This document shows, piece after piece, positions 49,185 through 61,900 of a stretch of DNA of 64,000 bases. The stretch lies in the NCBI RefSeq assembly GCF_031769215.1, contig NW_026782045.1, positions 496,001-560,000 on the forward strand, written 5' to 3'. The notes beneath the pieces are model-generated. The model searched no databases and was not told where the DNA came from. It saw nothing but the letters and a program-made list of their open reading frames with translations. Source of the stretch: Ylistrum balloti. Lineage: Eukaryota. A program made the position numbers and the translations under genes. Numbering within the stretch: the stretch's first letter is position 1; each line of letters begins with the position of its first letter.

Positions 49185-51755
49185 ACAAGGTTATCTCAGC
49201 TTAGCTTGCTATCACAAACAGCAACAGGGATATCCCAACTTAGCTTGCTATCACAAACAGCAACAGGGTTATCCCAACTTAGCTTGCTATCACAAACAGC
49301 AACAGGGATATCCCAACTTAGCTTGCTATCACAAACAGCAACAGGGATCCCCCAACTTAGCTTGCTATCACAAACAACAACAGGGTTATCCCAACTTAGC
49401 TTACAATCACAAACAGCAACAGGGTTATCCCAACTTAGCCTACAGTCACAAACAGCAACAGGGTTATCCCAACTTAGCTTGCTATCACAAACAACAACAG
49501 GGTTATCCCAACTTAGCTTACAATCACAAACAGCAACAGGGTTATCCCAACTTAGCTTGCTATCACAAACAGCAACAGGGTTATCCCAACTTAGCTTACA
49601 ATCACAAACAGCAACAGGGTTATCCCAACTTAGCTTACAATCACAAACAGCAACAGGGTTATCCCAATTTAACTTACAATCACAAACAACAACAGGGTTA
49701 TCCCAATTTAGCTTGCAATCACAAACAGCAACAGGGATATTCTAACTTAGCTTACAATCACAAACAGCAACAGGGTTATCCCAACTTAGCTTGCTATCAT
49801 AAACAGCAACAGGGATTCCCGAACTTAGCTAACAATCACAAACAACAACAGGGTTATTCAGCTTATATACACAAAATCAACAACGCTATTTGTAACAACA
49901 GGGTTATCCCAACTTTCACAAACAGCAACAGGGTTTTATCAGTTGTTTCTGTGTAATCTCTCTCCAATCACAAACAGCAACAGGGTTATCCCAACTTAGC
50001 TTGCTATCACAAACAGCAACAGGGTTATCCCAACTTAGCCTACAGTCACAAACAGCAACAGGGTTATCCCAACTTAGCTTGCTATCACAAACAACAACAG
50101 GGTTATCCCAACTTAGCAGTCACAAACAGCAACCGTGCAAACCCAATCACAAACAACAACAGAGTTATCCCAAACTTAGGACTATCACATTCCAGTACAA
50201 TCACAACAACACAGGTTATCCCAACTTAGCTTGCAATCACAAACAGCAACAGGGTTATCCCAACTTAGCTTACAATCACAAACAACAACAGGAATCCCCC
50301 AACTTAGCTTACAATCACAAACAGCAACAGGGTTATCCCAACTTAGCTTACAATCACAAACAGCAACATGGTTATCCCAACTTAGCTTACAATCACAAAC
50401 AACAACAGGTGTACAACCCAACTTAGCTTGCTATCCATAAACAGCAACAGTGTGTATCCCAAATAAGCGTTCTATCACAAACAACAACAGGGTTATTCCA
50501 ACTTAGCTTACAATCACAAACAGCAACAGGGTTATCCCAACTTAGCTTGCTATCATAAACAGCAACAGGGTTATCCCAACTTAGCTTGCTATCACAAACA
50601 ACAACAGGGTTATCCCAATTCAACTTGCTATCAAAAACAGCAACATGGTTATCCCAATTTAGCTTGCAATCACAAACAGCAACAGGGATATTCTAATTTA
50701 GCTTACAATCACAAACAGCAACAGGAATATCCCAACTTGGCTTGGTAGATATCTTAAGCTGGTTTGCTTTGACAGTCAGCAACAAGGGATTTCTTATATA
50801 CCAAAATCAACAACGCTATTTGTAAATCGGCTTGCTGCGTTTTATCAGTTGTTTCTGTGTAATCTCTCTCCCAGTCAGCAACACGAGTATCCCAAACAGA
50901 CTTCACATTCCAGTCAGCAACAGAGGCTGTGCAAACCCAAACAGCAACACGAGTATCCCAAACGGACTTCACATTCCAGTCAGCAACAGAGGCCGTGCAA
51001 ACCCAAACAGCAACACGAGTATCCCAAACGGACTTCACATTCCAGTCAGCAACAGAGGCCGTGCAAACCCAAACAGCAACAAGGATATCCCAAGTTTGCT
51101 TTTAATCCAAGTCAGCTATGTGGGAATCCCAAATCGACTTGCTATCGTAAACAGCTACATGGTTCGACAATTGCACTGCTCTCGTAGGTAGCAACTGGTG
51201 TACAACCTTAATTAGCTTGCTATCCTAGCAAAGCACGTGTGTACCAAATAAGCGTTCTATCACTAACAACAACAGGAGGTATTCCAAATTAGCTTGCAAT
51301 CACGAACAGCAACAGGGGTATTCCGAATTGGCTTGCTTTCACGAACAGCAACAGGGGTATTCCGAATTGGCTTGCTTTCACGAGCAGCAACAAGAATATT
51401 CTGAATTGGCTTGCTTTCACGAACAGCAACAGGGGTATTCCGAATTGACTTGCAATCACGAACAGCAACAGGGGTATTCCGAATTGGCTTGCAATCACGA
51501 ACAGCAGCAGGGGTGTTCCGAATTGGCTTGCTTTCACGAACAGCAACAGGGGTATTCCGAATTGGCTTGCTTTCACGAGCAGCAACAGGGGTATTCCGAA
51601 TTGGCTTGCTTTCACGAGCAGCAACAGGGGTATTCCGAATTGGCTTGCTTTCACGAGCAGCAACAGGGGTATTCCGAATTGCCTTGCTTTCACGAACAGC
51701 AACAGGGGTATTCCGAATTGGCTTGCTTTCACGAGCAGCAACAGGGGTATTCCAT
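49185..51755. repeat. Compound array: 39-bp subfamily 1 (49185-50745), 66-bp unit x3 (50870-51090), 39-bp subfamily 2 (51260-51755)
   Basis: cacaaacagcaacagggttatcccaacttagcttgctat versus cacgaacagcaacaggggtattccgaattggcttgcttt. Spacer sequences are also duplicated (about 49865/50795 and 50459/51244). Confidence 0.96.
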
Positions 51756-54324
51756 GGGGTATGATGACAATTTTTCGAGTGTTTCCTTTTCATGTACAGT
51801 ATTAAGAAACAGAGAGAAGATTAAGGACGATAACAAAATCTCCATGTCGTGTTTTCTGAGAGAGAAAAAAACCACACGCACACAGCCAAACAATTTATTC
51901 GACAAATCCGGATTAGGCTATCGTTGAGCAATTGCCTCCTACACAACATGTACACAAGCAGTTACTTATACATAACACCTTTGTTATAGGAAACTGATGT
52001 GTGTAATGGTGGTAAAATACCCTCGTATCTGTAGACATCTAACAACAGATGAAGCTAATATGTTAGTAAGGTAATTTTGTGGTGTGAATTCAATTCTTTG
52101 CTAACTCTTCCTATCGAATTGATCACTTCCGCTCACCTTTTTATCCGAAATGACGAATCAATTCTAAAACAACTGTTTGACTCGTGGAAGTGAAAATCAA
52201 AACATGATTACCGGTTTTAATTTGAATATCATATTTATATAACTGACAACTCCTGTGTAAGTAAATTGTGACCGGTGTCTCAGGGACTGATAGAAAAGAT
52301 GAAAGTAAATAAGATCTAAATATATTTTGGGTTCATTAACCGTGTTGTTTACTTTTAAGTACAGCATGATGCAAAACATCCGGTAGGGCTCACAATTATA
52401 ATGCAGTTTTTGTATATATATGACGTCAATCAAATCACCACTGAAAGAGTTTAAGGTAGAGAGTCCCGCTACTCATTAGTGGACTTCAACAACAGAAGAG
52501 TTCTATTTGATGGTCCATCCATTCAGATTTGTTAATTTAATGACTATATTGTTTAAAGGATCTCTTGATGGAATAGTGACTATGAGAGACTGGTTTTAAT
52601 GGTCAGACTGGTGTTATAGGCAATATTAGAAATCTGACAGTTTTTAAATTAGATATCTCATGTATCAAAAATCGTTATCGAAAGGCATTTTTCTTTCATT
52701 TTTTCCTATTAAATTTCATAATGTTTTAGTAGCATTTTCTGTGTTGGTACTTTTTATCAAAAAATAAAACAAAGCAAAAACAAACAAAAAAATCATACGA
52801 AAAAAAAAAATTGAAAAAATCAAATAAAAAAATCATACGAAAAAAAAAATTGAAAAAATCAAATCAAATCAAATCATATGCGTTCATTGGACCACATTTT
52901 GTACATAAAGATAATTCGTATACCAGGGTTTCCGATGTACATTGTCGAAGTCGGAACGAGATTTCGAACCTTTACTTACATGTGAAAAACGATAGGAGAC
53001 TCTTCCTTAAGACTTTGACAAATGACCGACTTATTCTTGTTTAGTGAGTACTTGCTGAAATAAAAATGTGAAATATCACACTTCATTTTATATTGACAGC
53101 CGTTCTAAACTTTAAAGCACGCCAGCGATACAAAAATAAATCTGCCGCACCTACTCTCTGTAACCGCAATCTCGTAGTCCTAGCTGTTTGCTGATTTATA
53201 TAAATAATTATCAGGCATCTGTCGTCATCAACATGTAACCGGCTGGAACGCAGACCAAAATCTCTACCCTACAAAAAGTGATAAATGGATGTCAATATTC
53301 ACATTTATTATGCGGTTATTAATTTTCAAATTTTTTGTTATTGTATTTTAGAAACGCACTGGAATAGCGTATACTTAGCTAACTATAAAGTCTGGAAAGG
53401 TAAGCGAGGTAATAAACATGTTTTGCTTAGAACTGAACCCAAGATATAAAGGACTGCAGCCATGGTGAACAGATGCATAGATCACAGATAAACAAGATCT
53501 ATGCATATTGTATTGTACCTGTTTATAAGCGAGCTTAATGCCTGTGCATGCTGGATGCATGTCTGCCAGTTTTATAAAAACACCTCATTGTCTCTATAAT
53601 GAGCATTTATCAGTATAAATGTAAATATTTAATGACAGCAGAAGGAACGTGGATATTGAAATTCAATTGCCATTTTAGAGACAAAACTTTTCGACCTTAC
53701 TGCGATGTGTTCTGTGTCCAGGTTAGATAAATCCCATGCGTGGCCCCATCATCTTTGTACACGGTCACTATAGTTATTAAAGTGTATGGCCTTGAATGTT
53801 TCCAAAACGGAAAATAACAAATAAACAAACATTTGTTTGATCTAAGGAAGAAATATCAAACATATGTACGTCATAGGTGTTTGGTTTCAAATGGGGTGAC
53901 GTCGATTTATTTTAATGACTTAAAAATACTTTTAAATCCAATTTTTAAATGTCTCGTGCACAAGGTTGTTTTTGTTTTCTATGCTTGTGCAGTAACATAA
54001 TTGATATCATGTTACCCACAATATGACAAGAAAAGGGATCTAGGTCAAAGCAAACATCCGAAGAAAACAACATTAATTCATGTGACACGAGGTTTTTCAG
54101 AAGAGTGTGGGAAATCATTCTGTTTGCATGTTTACTTCAATATCGTGTAAATCAGTTAAGCTTCTCAAAATGTTTATGTTTCTGAAAGTTCATACCAACC
54201 GACGGAATTAAAAAAAGATATTAATGCCATACAGCTGAAATGGTGCTCGAACTTTTTGTAAATCAAGGACAATACGACTCTTTCAAATGAGCCGCGTACC
54301 TCGAGCTACAACGAAACCAGTATT

Positions 54325-54730
54325 GACAGCTTTCTATCAAACTGTGCGACACGTGTGATGATTTCAATTTCCCTATTGTGAATTTTCCATTTATAGATAG
54401 CAACTTCAGTGAATCCCAATGGTGTTTTTATGTACAGTTGATACAATATTCTAGTGCTTCTCACCAGTATCACGATTTTCGTGCAAGATGGCGATAAACT
54501 CACAAACAGTGTTTCAAGAAAACATCGTTGGCAAGTTTTACGGTTGTCATAGTGATCTCATTGATAAATACTCTGTTTCTTTGAGAGATTTGTACATAGT
54601 GGTTCCATCATTGTTTACTTTTGTTCTTATTTTGGAACGTGGCCATACTTTTTTGGATTGACCAAGATTTGCATGGCGGGTTTCGTCGACGAAGTAGAAG
54701 ACGCTAACTGTTCAGGAACACCTGGTCTTA
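54325..54730 (+). mobile_element. Decayed Penelope-like retroelement 3' fragment
   Basis: 54339 onward translates as KLCDTCDDFNFPIVNFPFIDSN..QLIQY..KFYGCHSDLIDKYSVS, the canonical C-terminal block of Penelope-type RT. It is followed by the same terminal motif seen near 3085 and 6906. Confidence 0.8.
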
Positions 54731-55569
54731 TTATTCTTGTGTTTTTCAGGAGTCTTCGTGTAGTTATTTCTTTCGTTCATATTATGTCCTGTTTGTGATT
54801 GAAGAGAGTAGTGATGCTGAATTTTTTATTTTCATTTTTATTCGTTTGTTTTTTGTTTTGTATGGTTTTTCATCTTTCTTATGAATGAGGCGGCCTATGT
54901 GGACTGCATGGCTAACAAATCTCCGAAGATATTATTTTTTAAAAAGTTCATCTCTAATACCAAGTGTTAGTTGCAAAAGTCGTTATAAAATTGTACAACA
55001 ACTGATAAGATACAGCTCCGGTATACTATTTAGTGGTAAACAAAACTATTATATGATATACCACGATTTACTATATATGCTATTTAAAGGTCATTTACTA
55101 CATGTTAAGGTTGAAGGTGAAATCCGTCGAATTAACATTCCTGTAACATTTCCCAATGTGCATTTAGACTATCAGAAATATGATAATTTCTATTACACAC
55201 AATCTGCTGTCAGATATTTCTCCATAAAGGCCTCTCACATAGATGTAGAAATAACAGCACAACAAGAGGCACAACAGGGTTGTATCCCTCGGCTTGTCTT
55301 GTAGTTTATAAATATGATGTCAGCGAAAAAGTTAACTTTGGTAATTATACTGTTCATCCCATACTTCTTTACCGTATGTTGCAAGTGAAATAATAAGTTC
55401 CAGGCCTGCTTAGTTGTTAGTATATGTAGACTTATCTGAACCTTTTAACATTGTATGTAGATCACAATATTCATTTGAACTTGACAGTCCTTTATGTTAG
55501 CATGTCTTCTAAAGGTCACCACCACCACCACCACAACAGCACAGGGCATTCCATGAACTCAAGTTTCCT

Positions 55570-57150
55570 GCGAAACACAAACCATCCTGTACAGTGATTG
55601 AACCACATACCTGGGATCTTTAACTGAGACACACAAAATATCCTTGGCAGTGATTGAACCCCATACCTAGGATCTTTACCTGAGACACACAAACCATCCT
55701 GGACAGTGACTGAACCACAAACCTAGGATCTTTAACTGAGACACACAAACCATGCTGGACAGTGACTGAACAACATATCTAGGATCTTTAACTGAGACAC
55801 ACAAACCATCCTGTACAGTGACTGAACCACATACCTGGGATCTTTAACTGAGACACACAAACCATCCTTAGAAGTGATTGAACCCCATACCTAGGATCTT
55901 TACCTGAGACACACAAACCATCCTGGACAGTGACTGAACCACAAACCTAGGATCTTTAACTGAGACACACAAAATATCCTTAACTGAGACACACAAACCA
56001 TCCTGGACAGTGACTGAACCACAAAAATTTTAACTGAGACACACAACTAGGTTAATAGTGAGGACCTGAACACATTTCTAGGATCTTTAACTACACACAA
56101 ACCACCTGGGATATTTAACTGGACACACTACTCTGAACACACAAAATAATGACAGAGATCTTTACCTGAGACACACACACTAAAGTGATCAATAACTGAG
56201 ACACACAAACTGCTGGACATGTCTTCTAAAGGTCACCACCACCACCTGAGACACACAAACCATCCTTGGACAGTGCATTGAGACACACAAACCCACCACA
56301 AACCTAGGATCTTTCCTGAGACACACAAACCATCCTGTACAGTGACTGAACCACAAACCTGGGATATTTAACTGAGACACACAAACCATCCTGGACAGTG
56401 ATTGAACAAACTAGGACACTGAGACACACTGGCAGTGGAACCCCATCTAGGATCTTTACCTGAGACACACAAACCATCCTGTACAGTGACACACAAACTG
56501 AGACACACAAACCATCCTGGACAGTGATTGAACCCCATACCTAGGATCTCTACCTGAGACACACAAACCATCCTGTACAGTGACTGAACCCCATACCTAG
56601 GATCTTTAACTGAGACACACAAACCATCCAGGACAGTGACTGAACCACAAACCTGGGATATTTAACTGCGACACACAAACCATCCTGTACAGTGATTGAA
56701 CCACATACCTGGGATCTTTAACTGAGACACACAAACCATCCTGGACAGTGACTGAACAACATATCTAGGATCTTTAACTGAGACACACAAACCATCCTGG
56801 ACAGTGACTGAACCCCATACCTAGGATCTTTAACTGAGACACACAAACCATCCTGGACAGTGACTGAACCACAAACCTGGGATATTTAACTGAGACACAC
56901 AAACCATCCTGGACAGTCACTGAACCACAAGCCTAGGTTCTTTAACTGAGACACACAAACCATCCTGGACAGTGACTGAACCACAAGCCTAGGATCTTTA
57001 TCTGAGACACACAAACCATCCTTGGCAGTGATTGAACCACAATCCTAGGTTCTTTAACTGAGACACACACCCCATCCTGGACAGTCACTGAACCACAAGC
57101 CTAGGTTCTTTAACTGGGACACACAAACCATCCTGGACAGTATTTGAACA
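55570..57150. repeat. 56-bp satellite with a scrambled middle
   Basis: Unit aactgagacacacaaaccatcctggacagtgactgaaccacaaacctaggatcttt. Units are broken at about 55975-56500. Confidence 0.93.
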
Positions 57151-57224
57151 ACATAAAGTCTAGCACTGAAATACAGCACTGATCAAAACCAACATTTCTT
57201 AGTCACTTAACAACAAAGTGATAA

Positions 57225-58521
57225 GCGACAGTGAGAGTAAGCTTTGGAGTATTGAGGATGGGTTGAGGACAGCGACAGTGAGAGTAAGCTTTGGAGTATT
57301 GAGGATGGGTTGAGGACAGCGACAGTGAGAGTAACCTTTGGAGTATTGAGGATGGGTTGAGGACAGCGACAGTGAGAGTAACCTATGGAGTATTGAGGAT
57401 GCGTTGAGGACAGTGACAGTGAGAGTAACCTTTGGAGTATTGAGGATGGGTTGAGGACAGCGACAGTGAGAGTAAGCTTTGGAGTATTGAGGATGGGTTG
57501 AGGACAGCGACAGTGAGAGTAACCTTTGGAGTATTGAGGATGGGTTGAGGACAGCGACAGTGAGAGTAACCTTTGGAGTATTGAGGATGGGTTGAGGACA
57601 GCGACAGTGAGAGTAAGCTTTGGAGTATTGAGGATGGGTTGAGGACAGTGACAGTGAGAGTAACCTTTGGAGTATTGAGGATGGGTTGAGGGCAGCGACA
57701 GTGAGAGTAAGCTTTGGAGTATTGAGGATGGGTTGAGGACAGCGACAGTGAGAGTAAGCTTTGGAGTATTGAGGATGGGTTGAGGACAGCGACAGTGAGA
57801 GTAACCTTTGGAGTATCGAGGATGGGTTGAGGGCAGCGACAGTGAGAGTAAGCTTTGGAGTATTGAGGATGGGTTGAGGGCAGCGACAGTGAGAGTAACC
57901 TTTGGAGTATTGAGGATGGGTTGAGGGCAGCGACAGTGAGAGTAAGCTTTGGAGTATTGAGGATGGGTTGAGGACAGCGACAGTGAGAGTAAGCTTTGGA
58001 GTATCGAGGATGGGTTGAGGACAGTGACAGTGAGAGTAACCTTTGGAGTATTGAGGATGGGTTGAGGACAGCGACAGTGAGAGTAAGCTTTGGAGTATTG
58101 AGGATGGGTTGAGGACAGCGACAGTGAGAGTAACCTTTGGAGTATTGAGGATGGGTTGAGGACAGCGACAGTGAGAGTAACCTTTGGAGTATCGAGGATG
58201 GGTTGAGGACAGCGACAGTGAGAGTAAGCTTTGGAGTATTGAGGATGCGTTGAGGACAGTGACAGTGAGAGTAACCTTTGGAGTATTGAGGATGGGTTGA
58301 GGACAGTGACAGTGAGAGTAACCTTTGGAGTATTGAGGATGCGTTGAGGACAGTGACAGTGAGAGTAACCTTTGGAGTATTGAGGATGCGTTGAGGACAG
58401 TGACAGTGAGAGTAACCTTTGGAGTATTGAGGATGGGTTGAGGACAGTGACAGTGAGAGTAACCTTTGGAGTATCGAGGATGGGTTGAGGACAGCGACAG
58501 TGAGAATGACCTTTGGAGTAT
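57225..58521. repeat. 47-bp satellite, about 27 copies
   Basis: Unit gacagtgagagtaacctttggagtattgaggatgggttgaggacagc. It explains the 457-aa pseudo-ORF 57199-58572. Confidence 0.98.
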
Positions 58522-58589
58522 CACAGATGTGTACTTACATACTTCACAAAACACAAAATAATTCCTGTGCAAAACGGATATTAATCACA

Positions 58590-58630
58590 ACATACTCACG
58601 TGTTACCAATAAGAGGGTGTTTCCTTTATT
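58590..58630 (-). terminator. Probable BLOC1S5 polyadenylation site
   Basis: First AATAAA after the stop codon (58630-58625), a CA about 23 nt later (58602-58601), then a GU-rich GTGAGTATGTTGTG element. Confidence 0.6.
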
Positions 58631-58631
58631 A

Positions 58632-58674
58632 TGTCTACTAGTTTCGCCTCTGAAGTTGAGGCTTCATCAGGACA
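58632..58674 (-). ncRNA. Minimal type I hammerhead ribozyme, intact core
   Basis: Minus strand: UGUC CUGAUGA A GCCUC-AACUUCA-GAGGC GAAA C-UA-G UA^GACA. Stem I is UGUC/GACA, stem II is 5 bp, stem III is the palindrome ACUAGU, and the GUA cleavage site falls between 58636 and 58635. Confidence 0.88.
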
Positions 58675-58999
58675 AAATTTATGATGAATTTATCTCCTGA
58701 AGTACTCTCAGGGAGGAAAACTTTCCATTGTGACGTAATATACAATGGACAATACTGTGACTTATAAATATATAATACTTGATAGTAGGATGGTATGAGT
58801 TGAGTGCCTTTAGGAAGGAGGTTAGTTCCTCTCGGGTGTGGGGCCACACGGATCTGACGGATCCGAGGATGCAGGGGCTCCGATATATATACAATCGTCT
58901 CCTTTTGAAGTTCTTTAAAATAATACCTGAATACAGAGCTGCATTTTTTCTTATATCAGAGAGGAAGAAGTCAAATTTACATTTGTTTTGCAATTTTTT

Positions 59000-61900
59000 T
59001 TACTGTGCTGCCAGGTTTGAAGAATTTGTTAATTTGTCCTCTAATTCATTGTAATGTCTATGTAATGTTTTAACTTGTTCTTCAAAGTCTTTATCAATAT
59101 TTTCACATCTCTTCAGCTGTCTGTTTGTATAAACCTCCCAATCCTTGTTTCGTCTTTGTCTGCCTTCCTCTAGAACTGAGCTCTGTAAAACCAGGCAAAG
59201 TGTGTGAAATTATTAATTGACAACTGAGTGAACTCGAAGTGAATATTTCATCCATTTAATTAAGTTCTTAATAGTTTAAAACTGCAATTCACTGACAATA
59301 GACAGACAATAGTCAGACAAAAGACAGAGGCAGAAGATAAATATTATTATATTAGACAGACAACAGACAATAAATATTCTGATAATAGCAACACAACAGA
59401 GTCAGTAGAATTACATAAGACAGACATCAGGCAGACAATGGACAGAAAAAAGATGTAACAGTCAGTATTCAGACAATAGAGAGACAATCCACAGACAATA
59501 GTCAAAAAGTCAAACAAAAAACAGACAATGGACAGAGACTGTAGACAGATATTACTGTTTACAACAGACAACATACAGTCAGACAATAGTAATACAACGG
59601 AGACAGCAGACAGGGTCAATAGACAAACATCAGACAGACAATAGTCAGACTGTAGACAGATATTACTGTTCACAACAGACAACATACAGTCAGACAATAA
59701 ATAGTAACACAACGGAGACAGCAGACAGGGTCAAAAGACAAACATCAGACAGACAATAGTCAGACTGTAGACAGATATTACTGTTTACAACAGACAACAT
59801 ACAGTCAGACAATAGTAATACAACGGAGACAGCAGACAGGGTCAATAGACAAACATCAGACAGACAATAGTCAGACTGTAGACAGATATTACTGTTTACA
59901 ACAGACAACATACAGTCAGACAATAGTAATACAACGGAGACAGCAGACAGGGTCAAAAGACAAACATCAGACAGACAATAGTCAGACTGTAGACAGATAT
60001 TACTGTTTACAACAGACAACATACAGTCAGACAATAGCAACACAACTGAGACAGCAGATAGGGTCAATAGACAGACATCAGACAGACAATAGACAGACAA
60101 TAGTCGGACTGTAGACAGACAAAATCAGACAATAGACATGGTCAGAAAATAGAGTAAACAGAAACACAACACAAAAATAAAGTTAATGGAAAGCCAACAG
60201 AAACTCAATTCACAGACAACAGACCAGGCAAAAGCCAAAACAAAAGAGAAAAATCAACAGAGGCAATAGCAGACAAAATACCAGAAATTGATAAATAAAT
60301 TGTCTGACCAAAAGACAGACAACTGACAGTCAAGACTGACAACAAATAGACAGACAATAGACAGAGACCAACAGACAGACAATATATATAATAGAGAGAA
60401 TTAGACAAGAAAAAGGCAATAAACAAACAACAGAAAGGACAAGTGACAAAAACATGTAACTGCTGAACAATAGACAGAAAAGCAAAATACAAAAAAAAAG
60501 ACACCAGACCAACAACAGTCGGACAAGTGACACTAAATAACAGAAGATGGATGGAAGAGACAAATAGAATCCTTACCTCAACACTGTTTCCTTTTTCCTC
60601 TATTTTGTAGCAGACTTCTGTGGCTACTTTCACTTTGAAATAAACAAAATTCATGTCTTTTTTTAAATCATGGAATCTACATGATATCGCTTTCATAAAA
60701 TATTTTTCTAATTAAATATAAAAATATATCACTGAAACCTAAATTTTTAAGCCATTTTTATGGCATCATGATACAAATCAGCAAAGAAGCCTAAAGTGTT
60801 TATCTCCAAGTATAAACTGAGTCTGTTACACTATCTTTCCCATTAAAACTTAAGCAGAACTGACACTTATTACATCAAAATCATATATTACATATTTACT
60901 GGTTCTGACTTCGTTTTCTGCTGGAAGCTTTAACACTTACATCACTTAATCATTCAATGAAATCGATGTCACTGAGGTAAAATACTAGCCACAATATACC
61001 CCTTGGTTTGAGAGAACTTCTCTTTAGCTCAATCAGTTGAATGTCAGACTAGCAAGACAGGGGTTCTGGGTTGGAATCCTAGCAGAGGTATTGGAACTTG
61101 GAAATAATACTAAGCATTACTTTCACAAACCTTTACAGAAACTTGAGGACGAAATATTCCCTGGATGGGGAGTATGGATCCCTGGTAAAATTTTAGGTGC
61201 AATATGCGCCTTGGTTTGAGAAAATTCCTCTAGCTTGATCATATTAGTAAACTAGAGGTCCCGGGTTTGAATCATAGTGGAGTTAAAAATCATAAACACT
61301 CACACTTGGCTGATACATTAGCAAGATACACTTGCATGGCATCCAAACTTTCTGGCAGCAACGTTTCGTTCATTTTCATGATCTCTTTTGAAATTTTATC
61401 CAATCTCTCCTGTTCCCTGTCACCTCTCTTCTCCTGTACAGACAAAGGATGGACATAAACCATGAATCTTTTAAAATAAAAATAAAAATTACCAACATTG
61501 ATTTGATAAAAACATGGCATCTTACCTCAAACTCTTTGATGAAGTAGTTGATGTGACCTTGTAATACAGGACGATGATCTAACAGTCTGGCATGAAGTTC
61601 AGAAATATCTAAAAAAGAAATAACGTTTTACTTAACAGTTTTAAAATCACACATATCATCATATGCTTATGGTATCAGAGACATTTTGGACTAAAAAATT
61701 TGGCTCATATTTTTCCTTCAGGAATCCTCTATATTTCTTTGTAACTAGACTCATCAAATTTTTGGAAACAGTGCTATGAAATTATTGGCCATTTGTGTAA
61801 ACTGACATCTGATGTATATTGGCATACAACAATACAACACATGACAATGAGGATAACACAGGAATGAATTTTGAAAAGTTCTACAGCTTCAAATGTAATC

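Larger units (their letters stand above)
58580..58850 (-). mobile_element. Penelope-like element remnant (RT fragment plus terminal repeat with ribozyme)
   Basis: The minus strand at about 58850-58775 translates as VWPHTREELTSFLKALNSYHPTIKY, the motif that follows YxDD in Penelope RTs. It is followed by a hammerhead and an AATAAA, as in PLE terminal repeats. Confidence 0.75.

Noticed and set aside
54885-55304. 139-aa ORF with QQLIRYSS resembling Penelope RT
   Set aside because: Only one short motif matches; this is too weak to call either a gene or an element.
55975-56500. Scrambled satellite units and a repeated flank (catgtcttctaaaggtcaccaccacc at 55501 and 56218) as a biological rearrangement
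   Set aside because: The pattern of chopped unit fragments looks like poor consensus or misassembly; raw long reads are needed.
57199-58572. 457-aa minus-strand ORF
   Set aside because: It is a translation of the 47-bp satellite cycling through three frames, with no coding features.
59347-60696. Leu/Ser/Val/Cys-rich minus-strand ORFs
   Set aside because: They are translations of the CAGACAA-rich repeat; only 60632-60577 is a real BLOC1S5 exon.
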